Below are positions 1 through 9,002 of a stretch of 64,000 nt of DNA, piece by piece; positions within the stretch are counted from its first letter, which is position 1, and each line of letters starts with the position of its first letter. Source of the stretch: Gemmatimonadota bacterium (lineage in GTDB: Bacteria; Gemmatimonadota; Gemmatimonadetes; Longimicrobiales; Gaopeijiaceae); assembly GCA_036679625.1 (NCBI GenBank), contig JAZDDA010000190.1, positions 63,524 to 127,523 on the forward strand. Direction: 5' to 3'. The position numbers and the translations under genes are program-made. Below the pieces are notes generated by a model. That model was not told where the DNA came from and ran no database searches. It saw nothing but the letters and a program-made list of their open reading frames with translations.

Positions 1-1162
1 ATAGGACGGCCACAGAGAGAGACACGAAGGCGATCGGGAGCAACTCGTGCGGCAAATCATTCGACGCGACGGCCCGCGCGACTCCAAAGTATGCGAGGAT
101 CAACAGCGCCTGGAGCATCAGCCATCGGATGTTGCCATACTGCTCCCGCCTCGCGAGGAGCACCATGATCCCGTAGACACCGAGGAGCAGCAGATTCAGT
201 AGGAGGCCACCGACCATGGGAGGGAGCTCGATCCCGGCCCCATCCTCCATGAGTCCGCGTGAACGCAGTTCGGCCTCATAGGCGTTGAGGCGCTCGAGCC
301 CCGTCTCCGTAATCTGCGTATTCGCCCGGACGATGGCCTCGCCCCGGACGATGCGAGCCTTGGTCACCTGAACCGAGCGGCGAGCAGCATCCCGGTCGGC
401 CTCGGTCGCCAGGATGTTGGGGACGAGTGTGTACTCGGTGTGCCGGATGATCACGAGTCGAAGCAGTCCCCTCAAGTCGGGACTGCCCGATGTGAGAAGG
501 GCCACGGAGCGTTCGTAGAACTGGCCGGCTGTAAGCACGTCCTCACGGGGTACGGCTCGCTCAACCCCTTCTGGGTCACGGATGTACACCTGGCCGGTCG
601 AGAGCTGGGCCGCCTGGCCAGACTCCACTACTCCGGCATCAAGAATCTCACGAATCGCCCGCATCGCCGCATCACGGAGGTCTGAGCGCCAGGCTGGGTT
701 CAACAGGAGCTCTACCTGGTCGGCGCTCACAGTCAGCGACGCCGTTCCGAGGAAGCGCTCGACCACACCCGCATCGAGACCCGCAGCCACTGAGTCGAGC
801 CGATCGAAGAAGGCCCCGAGGCGAGCCGCCATCGTATCGGCAGCCTCAGGGTGAAGGTCGAAGGTCGCCGGCATGCTCGCCGCAGCCTCACTCTGTTCCC
901 GCTCGAGCTCGGCTGGATTCTTTGGGACATCGAAGTCTACGCTGGCGATAACGTCAGCCGTCGCAACGGATCCAACGGAATAACGGTCCACCGAGGGGCC
1001 AACCCCGGTTCTTGGGAAGAGCGCCGTGATCACGACCGCAACCGTCAGGAGCAGTCCAATCCTCGCACCGTGATATAAGACGCGGTCCGGCCAGATTGGC
1101 GTCGGGGCATCGTCCCGCTGGGGCACGGGAGGCGTTCCCTTCGCTCCTGGGCGATAGTTCAC
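1..1162 (-). CDS. 7TM-HD (HDIG-type, PgpH/YqfF-like) membrane protein, N-terminal part; gene runs off the left edge
   Basis: Absent from the ORF track because it has no stop inside the window. My manual minus-strand translation is stop-free from 1162 down to 1. It reads (V)NYRPGAKGTPPVPQRDDAPTPIWPDRVLYHGARIGLLLTVAVVITALF (N-terminal TM). A ~270 aa soluble region follows (..KARIVRGEAIVRANTQITETGLERLNAYEAEL..). Then come helices GGLLLNLLLLGVYGIMVLLA, LMLQALLILAYFGVARAV and LLPIAFVSLSVAVL. GTG at 1162 overlaps the phoH stop (GTGA); an alternative GTG lies at 1126. phoH followed by a 7TM-HD gene is a common arrangement. The HD domain itself would lie outside the window. Confidence 0.6.
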   Translation of the reverse strand, partial: MNYRPGAKGTPPVPQRDDAPTPIWPDRVLYHGARIGLLLTVAVVITALFPRTGVGPSVDRYSVGSVATADVIASVDFDVPKNPAELEREQSEAAASMPATFDLHPEAADTMAARLGAFFDRLDSVAAGLDAGVVERFLGTASLTVSADQVELLLNPAWRSDLRDAAMRAIREILDAGVVESGQAAQLSTGQVYIRDPEGVERAVPREDVLTAGQFYERSVALLTSGSPDLRGLLRLVIIRHTEYTLVPNILATEADRDAARRSVQVTKARIVRGEAIVRANTQITETGLERLNAYEAELRSRGLMEDGAGIELPPMVGGLLLNLLLLGVYGIMVLLARREQYGNIRWLMLQALLILAYFGVARAVASNDLPHELLPIAFVSLSVAVL

Positions 1163-2151
1163 GTTATCTCCACCTCTGATTCGTCGTCGAGTTGGCCGTA
1201 GGCTCGGATGATGTCCTTCACAAGGCGATGCCTGATGACATCCAGCGAACTCATGTAGAGGATATCGATCCCGTCGATTCCGGTAAGGATGTCCTCTACC
1301 TGAAGGAGGCCGGAGTCCGACCGGCGGGGCAGGTCGATCTGGGTCTTGTCTCCAGTGATCACCACCTGGGAGTTCAGCCCGAGCCGCGTGAGGAACATTT
1401 TCATCTGGGCGGTGGTCGCGTTCTGTGCCTCGTCCAGGATGACGAAGGCGTCAGAGAGTGTACGTCCCCGCATGTAGGCAAGCGGTGCGATTTCAATGGT
1501 GCGATCCTCGAGCGCCTTCCGGACACGGTCAGCGGGCATCATGTCTTCGAGGGCATCGTACAATGGCCGTAGATAGGGATCGACCTTCTCCTGCATATCT
1601 CCGGGGAGGAAGCCCAGGTTCTCCCCCGCCTCGACGGCCGGGCGAGCGAGGATGATTCGCTTGACCTGCTTCCGGTAGAGCGCGTCGAGGGCACACGCAA
1701 CGGCGAGATAGGTTTTTCCTGTCCCGGCCGGCCCAATGCTGATGACAACGTCGTTCTTCTGAATCGCCCGAATGTACTGGCGCTGCCCATCCGACTTGGG
1801 CGCGATAACCCTCCGGGAACCAGGGAGAGCGATGCGAATATCGTCTTCGGGATGGACGATCACCTCCTCCCCTCCATCGTCGTATCCCTCCACGAAGCGC
1901 TCGATGTCGTTGGCATCGAATGGAGCGCGGAATCGGGCGAGCTCCACCAGGTGCTGAATCAGGGGAATGGCGCGCTCGATCGCCAGAAGATCCCCCGACA
2001 GCACCACGTGCTCGTCCCGAAGTACCACCCTGATCCCAAAGATCCTGGAGATCTGTTGCAGGTTGACGTCATGCACTCCAGCGAGGAGTAGAAGATCCAC
2101 CCCTTCAGCATCGATTCGATGCTCGACCATCGTGTCGTTTCCGTTCGCCAT
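1159..2151 (-). CDS. phoH: PhoH-like ATPase
   Basis: 330 aa. Walker A GPAGTGKTYLAV and Walker B-like FVILDEAQN. Typical PhoH C-terminal region ITGDKTQIDLP. Confidence 0.9.
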   Translation of the reverse strand: MANGNDTMVEHRIDAEGVDLLLLAGVHDVNLQQISRIFGIRVVLRDEHVVLSGDLLAIERAIPLIQHLVELARFRAPFDANDIERFVEGYDDGGEEVIVHPEDDIRIALPGSRRVIAPKSDGQRQYIRAIQKNDVVISIGPAGTGKTYLAVACALDALYRKQVKRIILARPAVEAGENLGFLPGDMQEKVDPYLRPLYDALEDMMPADRVRKALEDRTIEIAPLAYMRGRTLSDAFVILDEAQNATTAQMKMFLTRLGLNSQVVITGDKTQIDLPRRSDSGLLQVEDILTGIDGIDILYMSSLDVIRHRLVKDIIRAYGQLDDESEVEIT

Positions 2152-2207
2152 TCAATCCCCTTGGGAGGAACTCACATTCGTCCTGGGTTCGTAGCTGCGG
2201 TCGCCAG

Positions 2208-4010
2208 TTATTCTGCTCGCGGCGTTTGCACCACCTCGATTCCCAACTCGGCAAGATCCGATGGAGCGAGGCTGCTCGGTGCTCCCTCGAACAGGGCCCG
2301 GGCCGCGGTCGTCTTTGGAAAGGCGATCACGTCACGTAGACTCGAAGCCCCTGTGAACAGCCGTACAATGCGGTCGATACCAAGCGCCACTCCACCGTGA
2401 GGTGGCGCGCCCGACGCCAACGCCCTGAGCAGGAATCCAAACTTGAAGTCGATGTCCTCCTCAGAGAGTCCAAGAGTTCTCAGGATTCTTCGCTGTAGAG
2501 CCGGCTCATGAATACGAATGCTTCCCGAGCCGAGTTCTACCCCATTGTACACCAAATCGTACGCCTGGCCACGCACCTTGAGTGGATTGGAGTCGAGTAG
2601 CGCCTCGTCATCGGGGTGTGGCAGCACGAAGGGATGATGATTGGCCCCAAGGCTTCCGTCTTCCAGTTCCTCAAAGACCGGAAAGTCCGTGACCCAAACC
2701 CACGAATGCGTCTCAATCGGCTCGATCCCCATCGCCTCGATCACTGCTGCTCGTGCCGCTGCGAGTGCCGGAGAGGTGATTCGGTCGGTGCCCGCTGCAG
2801 CGAGAGCGAGGTCTCCCACCTCCATACCCATCGCCTCATAATGCTTGGCGGTCAGGTACTTCGAAAGCGGTCCGGAGCCCCCCTCCTCGGACCGTTTTAC
2901 CCAGAGCAGGCCCGGCGCACCCACTGCCTTGGCCTGCGCCTCCACCGCTTCGATCTGCGTTCGGGAAAGTTGCGCACCATCGGGAATGCGAAGTCCTCTC
3001 ACTCGTCCCCCTGCCTCCACCGCGCCTCGGACAATGCCGAATTCCACATCGGAGAACACCGACGTCCAGTCCCCGATCGTGAGTTCAAAGCGGAGGTCGG
3101 GACGATCGATCCCGTATAGCTCCATTGCCTCAGCATGATCCATCCTGGGAAACGGAGTTTTTGCCTCGATTCCGGGCGCCTCATCGGCCAATCCAGCCAT
3201 GAGTCCCTCAATCCAGCCAAAAATGTCGTCGGGCTCGACAAAGGAGGCCTCGACATCGATCTGAGTAAACTCCGGCTGACGGTCTGCGCGGAGGTCCTCG
3301 TCGCGGAAGCACCGGGCGATCTGGAAGTAACGGTCGAAACCGGCTGCCATCAGGAGCTGCTTGTAGATCTGCGGGCTCTGGGGGAGTGCGTAGAACTCGC
3401 CCTTGTGTACGCGCGAGGGAACCAGAAAATCCCGCGCTCCCTCGGGCGTGGGCTTGGTGAGGATCGGAGTCTCGACCTCGAGAAAGCCGAGGTGATCCAT
3501 GTAATTCCGAGCCCGAAGGAGCAAGCGGTGCCGCAGGCGAAGGTTTCCCTGCAACTCGGGGCGGCGAAGATCGAGTACGCGATGGCGAAGCCGGAGCTCC
3601 TCAGAGGGCAGCGCCTCTTCCGGCGTTCGGTAGACCGGAATCGCCGGCGTGTCCGAATCGGTGAGGATCTCGAACTTTCGGGCCCGCAGCTCCACTGCCC
3701 CGGTGGGCATGTCTGGATTCAGTGCCCCCTCTGGGCGCGGCGCGATCTCTCCCTCCACAGACACGACGTCTTCGTGTCCGAGCCCTCGCGCGATCTCGAG
3801 GTCGCCGGCCTCCGTCCAATCGGGCCCCAGGGAAACCTGAAGCAGCCCGCTCCGGTCGCGGAGATCCACGAACAGGAGGCCGCCGAGGTCACGGCGGCGG
3901 TGCACCCACCCTACCAAACTCAGGGTGCGCCCCACGTCAGCGACGCCGAGGTCCCCCACCATACACGATCGTTGAGAGGTCTGGTCGAATGAATTATCGG
4001 ACATGAACAA
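2208..4010 (-). CDS. aspS: Aspartate--tRNA ligase (bacterial type)
   Basis: 600 aa. N-terminal OB region GWVHRRRDLGGLLFVDLRDRSG. Class II motifs FYALPQSPQIYKQLLM, FRDEDLRADRQPEFTQID and GGVALGIDRIV. The track start at 4010 is TTG; the ATG at 4004 (MSDNSF..) is more likely. Confidence 0.93.
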   Translation of the reverse strand: MFMSDNSFDQTSQRSCMVGDLGVADVGRTLSLVGWVHRRRDLGGLLFVDLRDRSGLLQVSLGPDWTEAGDLEIARGLGHEDVVSVEGEIAPRPEGALNPDMPTGAVELRARKFEILTDSDTPAIPVYRTPEEALPSEELRLRHRVLDLRRPELQGNLRLRHRLLLRARNYMDHLGFLEVETPILTKPTPEGARDFLVPSRVHKGEFYALPQSPQIYKQLLMAAGFDRYFQIARCFRDEDLRADRQPEFTQIDVEASFVEPDDIFGWIEGLMAGLADEAPGIEAKTPFPRMDHAEAMELYGIDRPDLRFELTIGDWTSVFSDVEFGIVRGAVEAGGRVRGLRIPDGAQLSRTQIEAVEAQAKAVGAPGLLWVKRSEEGGSGPLSKYLTAKHYEAMGMEVGDLALAAAGTDRITSPALAAARAAVIEAMGIEPIETHSWVWVTDFPVFEELEDGSLGANHHPFVLPHPDDEALLDSNPLKVRGQAYDLVYNGVELGSGSIRIHEPALQRRILRTLGLSEEDIDFKFGFLLRALASGAPPHGGVALGIDRIVRLFTGASSLRDVIAFPKTTAARALFEGAPSSLAPSDLAELGIEVVQTPRAE

Positions 4011-4144
4011 GCATCTTCGAGTTCAGAGAATGCCCCAGTGGGACCAAAGGGTGCGGGGAACCTGGAGGATAGGAGATCGCAGATAACTGGATACGCGGTA
4101 TTTTAACCACTCCGGGTCCCGGGGCACAGAGTATATATTGGGAA

Positions 4145-5239
4145 GTGAAAAGCCAATCGCCCGACCTCCCAGACCTTCTCGGCCTCGAACCCAATGCACT
4201 CCTGGCATTGGTGACCGATCATTTTGCAGCCCGGGGTGAACCGGCCTATCGAGCTCGCCAGGTAGTTCGCTGGATCTTCGAGGGGGACGCTCGCTCGATC
4301 AGCGACATGACCGACCTCCCAACCGAGGAACGGCGCAGCCTCGCCCTTCAATTCGATCTCGCCGAGCCCAAAGCCGAGACGATCTCCCGCTCGAACGACG
4401 GCACCGCCAAGCACCTGTGGAAACTCGCCGACGGCGAGTTGGTGGAGTCGGTACTGATTCCGTCGGGAACCCGCCTTACGCTTTGTATCTCCTCTCAGGC
4501 AGGGTGTGCGATGGGCTGCACGTTCTGCGCCACCGGGTGGACCGGGTTTGGGAGGCAGTTGAGTGCAGGCGAGATCGTCGCGCAGTTCAGGGCATCCAGG
4601 CGTTGGGCCGCCGAACACGACTACGCTCCGATCTCGAACATCGTATACATGGGAATGGGAGAGCCACTGGCGAACGCCGAGGCGGTCAACGCGTCGCTCT
4701 CGATCCTGAACCACGGCTATGGAGTCGGTGCACGTAAGATCACTGTATCCACGGTTGGGGTGGTCCCCGGCATTCTGGCGCTGGCCGCTCGTCCCGAGCA
4801 GTTCGGGCTCGCGGTCTCTCTCCACGCACCGAACACAGAACTACGACGACAAATCATACCGCTCGAGAAGCGGTACCCACTTTCCGAACTCATGAAGGCA
4901 CTCGGAGCCTTCAATGACGCCGGTGGAAAGCGGATCACCTTTGAGTACACGATGATCGACGGGATCAACGACGATCCGGCCCTTGCCTCGGAGCTCGCAG
5001 CGCTGGCACGCCCCATTCAGGCCTTCGTAAACCTTATTCCCTTCAATCCGATTCCCTACCAGAAATGGCGGACGAGCCCGGGTCACCGGATCGAGGCGTT
5101 CCGAGAAGCTCTCGAGGCGGGCGGAGTCGCAGCAGCGGTACGGGTCCCCCGTGGGAGGGACATCGACGCTGCGTGTGGTCAGCTCCGGGCGAACGCGCTC
5201 GGGGACGAGGCCGCGAGCCGTCCGCGGGCTCAGCTCTGA
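4145..5239 (+). CDS. rlmN: 23S rRNA/tRNA adenine-C2 methyltransferase RlmN (radical SAM)
   Basis: 364 aa. N-terminal YRARQVVRWIF, radical-SAM cluster CAMGCTFCATG, GMGEPLAN, and C-terminal DIDAACGQL. GTG start. Confidence 0.9.
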   Translation: MKSQSPDLPDLLGLEPNALLALVTDHFAARGEPAYRARQVVRWIFEGDARSISDMTDLPTEERRSLALQFDLAEPKAETISRSNDGTAKHLWKLADGELVESVLIPSGTRLTLCISSQAGCAMGCTFCATGWTGFGRQLSAGEIVAQFRASRRWAAEHDYAPISNIVYMGMGEPLANAEAVNASLSILNHGYGVGARKITVSTVGVVPGILALAARPEQFGLAVSLHAPNTELRRQIIPLEKRYPLSELMKALGAFNDAGGKRITFEYTMIDGINDDPALASELAALARPIQAFVNLIPFNPIPYQKWRTSPGHRIEAFREALEAGGVAAAVRVPRGRDIDAACGQLRANALGDEAASRPRAQL

Positions 5240-5251
5240 TTTGCGCCTGGA

Positions 5252-6049
5252 CTACCGAATCAGCTGAAGCACCCGGCCGAGCCGAGCCGCAGTGAGAAAC
5301 TTGAAAGGCTTCAGCGCAACCGAGTCGTAGGAATAGTAGATGAACGAGGCGCGACCCTCCGCCCGCCAACTTTCCAACGGCCCCCAATACCGCGAGTCGA
5401 ACGAGGTGTCGCGATTGTCGCCCAACATGAAGTAGCTGTCCTCCGGGACGACGAGTGGGCCCCAGTTGTCCCGCGTGGGCCTGTAGGAGGCCCGGTCCAC
5501 CGTGTCGACAAGGTAAGGTGGCTGGTATTGGTTCATCCAGGGGTGTCCCTCATTAGCCCCCCCCGGATCGAGATGCTGCACGTACGGTTCGTCCTGTGGG
5601 ATCCGGTTGAGCAGGAACACCCCATCCTCCATGCCCACGGTGTCGCCACCCATTGCGACCAACCGCTTGACCAGCTTGAGGTCGGGGTCGTGATGGGGAT
5701 CGAAAACGACCACATCGCCTCGCTTGAGCCGGCCGATGCCTGGGAAATGCGCATGGGTGAAGGGAATTCGTCCCCCAACCACCGCACGGTTCGCCAACAG
5801 GAAGTCTCCGACGAGAAGGGTGTTCTCCATCGACCCGGAGGTGATCACGAACGTCTGGAGTACAAAGGTGCGAATGATCAGGAACAGCACCGCAGCCACC
5901 CCGAGAGACTTTGCCCATTCCTTGAGCGAATTCTCGTTCTTGGGCGCCTTCGCTCCGGTGCCGGGCTCTCGCTTGCCCTCATCCCTCGACCGACCGAACT
6001 GTCGATCTTCCGACCCCTTTTTCCGCCTGCTTCTATCCTTCTTCGCCAT
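5252..6049 (-). CDS. lepB: Signal peptidase I
   Basis: S26 boxes SGSMENTL, RGDVVVF, KRLVAMGGD and GDNRDTSFDSRYWG. One TM (LGVAAVLFLIIRTFVL) follows a ~45 aa Lys/Arg-rich N-terminal extension. Confidence 0.9.
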   Translation of the reverse strand: MAKKDRSRRKKGSEDRQFGRSRDEGKREPGTGAKAPKNENSLKEWAKSLGVAAVLFLIIRTFVLQTFVITSGSMENTLLVGDFLLANRAVVGGRIPFTHAHFPGIGRLKRGDVVVFDPHHDPDLKLVKRLVAMGGDTVGMEDGVFLLNRIPQDEPYVQHLDPGGANEGHPWMNQYQPPYLVDTVDRASYRPTRDNWGPLVVPEDSYFMLGDNRDTSFDSRYWGPLESWRAEGRASFIYYSYDSVALKPFKFLTAARLGRVLQLIR

Positions 6050-6081
6050 TCAGCGTCCGTTCCGTCGAGGGTTAGGTGATC

Positions 6082-6579
6082 CTACCGAAACATCCTGCGA
6101 ACGTCCCACCAACGGCCGGGGGCCTCCTCGGGTTCCGATTCGGCACGATCCCGGAACCACGAAGCACCTAACCGTACGGTCACATCCAGATAGAGGTTCG
6201 AATCGGGCTCAGAGATGACGACCTCTCCGCCCAGCACATCCGCAACGGCCCGGGCCGACTCCAACCCTCCCACGCGATCAATCACGACGGTTGAATCCTG
6301 GTCGAAACGATCTGCGTTTCCGAAATACACCACGTCGAACCCGCGGGCCCGCAGCTCCTCGGTCGCCAACCGTGCCATTCCCGCCTCCCCACCCGCATTC
6401 AGAACCTCCACGCGAATTCTACGCTCGGGGCGCCCCGAGCTCTCGACCGGATCACGAAGCTGTGTGGGATTGGGGTCGGCCTCAGGCAAGGGACGCCACT
6501 GGGAGATGGCGGACCCGATAAATGCCCCCGCGACGAGTACGATCGATACCACAAACAGTCCGCGAACGCGTTGCATCAT
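6082..6579 (-). CDS. LytR_C-domain membrane-anchored protein
   Basis: 165 aa. N-terminal TM (LFVVSIVLVAGAFIGSAI), then RVEVLNAGGEAGMARLATEELRARGFDVVYFGNA, which resembles the LytR cell-envelope C-terminal domain. 4-nt overlap with the upstream HD gene. Confidence 0.6.
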   Translation of the reverse strand: MMQRVRGLFVVSIVLVAGAFIGSAISQWRPLPEADPNPTQLRDPVESSGRPERRIRVEVLNAGGEAGMARLATEELRARGFDVVYFGNADRFDQDSTVVIDRVGGLESARAVADVLGGEVVISEPDSNLYLDVTVRLGASWFRDRAESEPEEAPGRWWDVRRMFR

Positions 6580-7163
6580 TCTTCGTCACCCAGCAGTTGA
6601 TTCCACATGGTCACCGTCTCGGACCTCAGGCGTCGGTTCTTCTTGATCCGATGCAGGATACGCGCACCCACAATATCGCGCACTACTCCGTCCAAATCCA
6701 CGGGCATCCGCCCCCTCAGCTTCGCCCGCCATTTGGGGCGTAACCGGCGCTTGGGGTCCAGAAAATCCGCAGCGTAGAGCGCCCTCCCAAGTGGGCCGAG
6801 GACATCGCTTCCCAGAGTATGGTACGCAATCGCATCCAGGAGTTCCTGATCCTCCACACCGGCCTTCTTCAGACGGCGAGCCGTAGCCGGGCCATGAAGA
6901 ACCGCGCCCGGGCAATCGCGGAATCGCCGAGCGACCTTCCCTCGCAACTTCTGCGGGTCCGCCTCCCGCAGGGTATCGTGAAGGATGCCCGATGCGACCC
7001 ACCTAGCAATCGTCGTGTGTGACTCTCCGCGCTCCGTCGCCCATTCGCCCATCAGCGAGGCGACACGCTCCATGTGGCGGCGGCGGCGGCGGCCGGCCCT
7101 CGTCCATTCTGGAAAGATCCCGGCGGCGGCGTCCTCGACGATCGGGTGCAACGCCGCGCTCAC
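6576..7163 (-). CDS. yqeK: YqeK-like HD-domain hydrolase (putative bis(5'-nucleosyl)-tetraphosphatase)
   Basis: 195 aa. RHMERVASLMGEWA, ILHDTLRE (HD), AIAYHTLG and LYAADFLDPKRR match the YqeK pattern as I remember it. Overlaps the panC stop by 4 nt. Confidence 0.6.
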   Translation of the reverse strand: MSAALHPIVEDAAAGIFPEWTRAGRRRRRHMERVASLMGEWATERGESHTTIARWVASGILHDTLREADPQKLRGKVARRFRDCPGAVLHGPATARRLKKAGVEDQELLDAIAYHTLGSDVLGPLGRALYAADFLDPKRRLRPKWRAKLRGRMPVDLDGVVRDIVGARILHRIKKNRRLRSETVTMWNQLLGDEE

Positions 7164-8014
7164 TCGGCAGCCCCAAGCACCATGTTGTCGATCAATCGGG
7201 TAGCACCCGCAAACACCGCGAGTGCGGCCACCGTCTCGGGAGTTGCCCGCTCCACCGCCTGCAGGGTGTCAGGACGCACCAACTCGACGTACTGGGGCTG
7301 TAGCAATCCCCGGCTGGACAGCGCCTCCTGGATCACATCTCTGAGGAGTAGCGGATCGGTCTCCCCCGCCCCGAACGCCCGACACGCAGCACGTAGCCCC
7401 TCAACGAGGCCAAGCGCATCGACGCGCTCCTCCGGCCCCAGCCTAACGTTCCGGGACGAGAGGGCAAGCCCGTCGGCCGCACGCACGATCGGGGCAAGCA
7501 GGACCTCCACATTCAGATCCAGGTCGGAAACCATCCGCCGGATCAGCACCCCCTGCTGCAGGTCCTTGCGGCCAAACACCGCCACATCGGGGCGAATGAG
7601 CGCAAACAGCTTGGCGACAACGGTCAGGACACCAGAAAAATGCCCGGGTCGGTGTTGGCCGCAAAGGATGCAGCCCATCGGCCCGGCATCCACAGTCACC
7701 TCAGGCACCCCCCCGCGATACATCTCTCCGTCATCGGGCAAAAAAACGAGGGCTGCACCGATATCCCCGCACAGGTCGAGGTCCCGGTCAAGGTCCCTTG
7801 GATAGCTCCCCAGGTCTTCGGTCAGGCCGAACTGGAGCGGGTTGACGAAGATGGAGATTACGAGGTGTCGCGCGCGCTCAGCAGCATAGCGAAGGAGCGA
7901 AAGGTGCCCATCGTGGAGGTATCCCATCGTCGGGACGAGGGCCAATCGGCCATCCGACTCCCTGAGCGCCGTGAGCCCAGCCGCTAACGATTCACGAGTT
8001 CTCGCGACGATCAT
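7160..8014 (-). CDS. panC: Pantoate--beta-alanine ligase
   Basis: 284 aa. PTMGYLHDGHLSL, FVNPLQF and FGRKDLQQ signatures. Confidence 0.92.
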   Translation of the reverse strand: MIVARTRESLAAGLTALRESDGRLALVPTMGYLHDGHLSLLRYAAERARHLVISIFVNPLQFGLTEDLGSYPRDLDRDLDLCGDIGAALVFLPDDGEMYRGGVPEVTVDAGPMGCILCGQHRPGHFSGVLTVVAKLFALIRPDVAVFGRKDLQQGVLIRRMVSDLDLNVEVLLAPIVRAADGLALSSRNVRLGPEERVDALGLVEGLRAACRAFGAGETDPLLLRDVIQEALSSRGLLQPQYVELVRPDTLQAVERATPETVAALAVFAGATRLIDNMVLGAAE

Positions 8015-8841
8015 TCCGCAGAAAAACTGTGCTCGTCGGTTGGGTAGAGGCCCTCACGAACCTCGCTGACGAAGGCCTCCACCGCCGTCCGGACATCACC
8101 ATCCAAATCCGCGTACCGTTTGAGAAACTTAGGTTGAAATCCGGGATTCAACCCCAGGAGGTCGGGAGTTACGAGGACCTGGCCATCGCACCCAACTCCA
8201 GCTCCAATCCCGATTGTTGGAATCGAGAGGGACTCGCTGATCTCGGTTGCGAGCGCCGCGGGGATCAGTTCGAGCACGATGGAGAAGCACCCGGCGTCCT
8301 GCAGGGCGAGCGCCTCGTTCCTGAGCCGCGCAGCCGCATCCTCACCTCTTCCCTGAACGCGGTATCCCCCGATCGCGTGTACGGATTGGGGGGTCAGGCC
8401 AAGGTGCCCCATCACAGGAATTCCCGCGCTCACGAGCAACTCGACAGCAGCGCACTCGCGGGGGGAACCGCCCTCGAGCTTCACGCCCTGTACATGGGCT
8501 TCCTTCATGGCGCGCCCGGCGGACTCCAGCGCCGACTCCGCCGAAACCTGGTAGGACATGAAGGGCAGGTCGAGCACGACGAATGCGTCAGGAGCTCCCC
8601 GCCGGACCGCAGCAGCGTGATGAATCATCTCGCCGAGCGTGACCGGGAGTGTCGTCTCGTAGCCGAGCACGACCTGGGCGAGCGAGTCCCCAACGAGCAG
8701 CATGTCTACACCGGCCTGATCGAGCATACGGGCAAACATCGCATCGTGCGCCGTCAGGACGACGATACGATCGCCGTCGCGCTTCATCCTGCCAAAATCC
8801 GTTACGCTTCGGGCGTTCCGGTGACCGTTTCCGCTGGACAA
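8011..8841 (-). CDS. panB: 3-methyl-2-oxobutanoate hydroxymethyltransferase
   Basis: 276 aa. LTAHDAMFARMLDQAGVDMLLVGDSLAQVVLGY, VKLEGG and IPVMGHLGLTPQS. Confidence 0.92.
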   Translation of the reverse strand: MSSGNGHRNARSVTDFGRMKRDGDRIVVLTAHDAMFARMLDQAGVDMLLVGDSLAQVVLGYETTLPVTLGEMIHHAAAVRRGAPDAFVVLDLPFMSYQVSAESALESAGRAMKEAHVQGVKLEGGSPRECAAVELLVSAGIPVMGHLGLTPQSVHAIGGYRVQGRGEDAAARLRNEALALQDAGCFSIVLELIPAALATEISESLSIPTIGIGAGVGCDGQVLVTPDLLGLNPGFQPKFLKRYADLDGDVRTAVEAFVSEVREGLYPTDEHSFSAE

Positions 8842-9002
8842 GGAGTTCGGGGGTTCGGGTGTAGCCGCAGTGCAGGCGACAAATGACGACCGTTTTCGAC
8901 ACTGAGAACGGTGCCGACAAAGGCACCTGAGGAAGCTAGACAGGGAGGTATGCCGTCGCTACCCCCTTCTGCGTCGATCCACGACCGCGCTACCTTCCCG
9001 CT

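Noticed and set aside
3135-3992. 285-aa plus-strand ORF
   Set aside because: Antisense to aspS.
8950-9002. Small plus-strand ORF starting at the ATG at 8950, just after GGGAGG, upstream and out of frame with rqcH
   Set aside because: The SD-to-ATG spacing is only ~1 nt and the product is a short Pro/Ser-rich peptide running into rqcH. There is no evidence it is a leader peptide.
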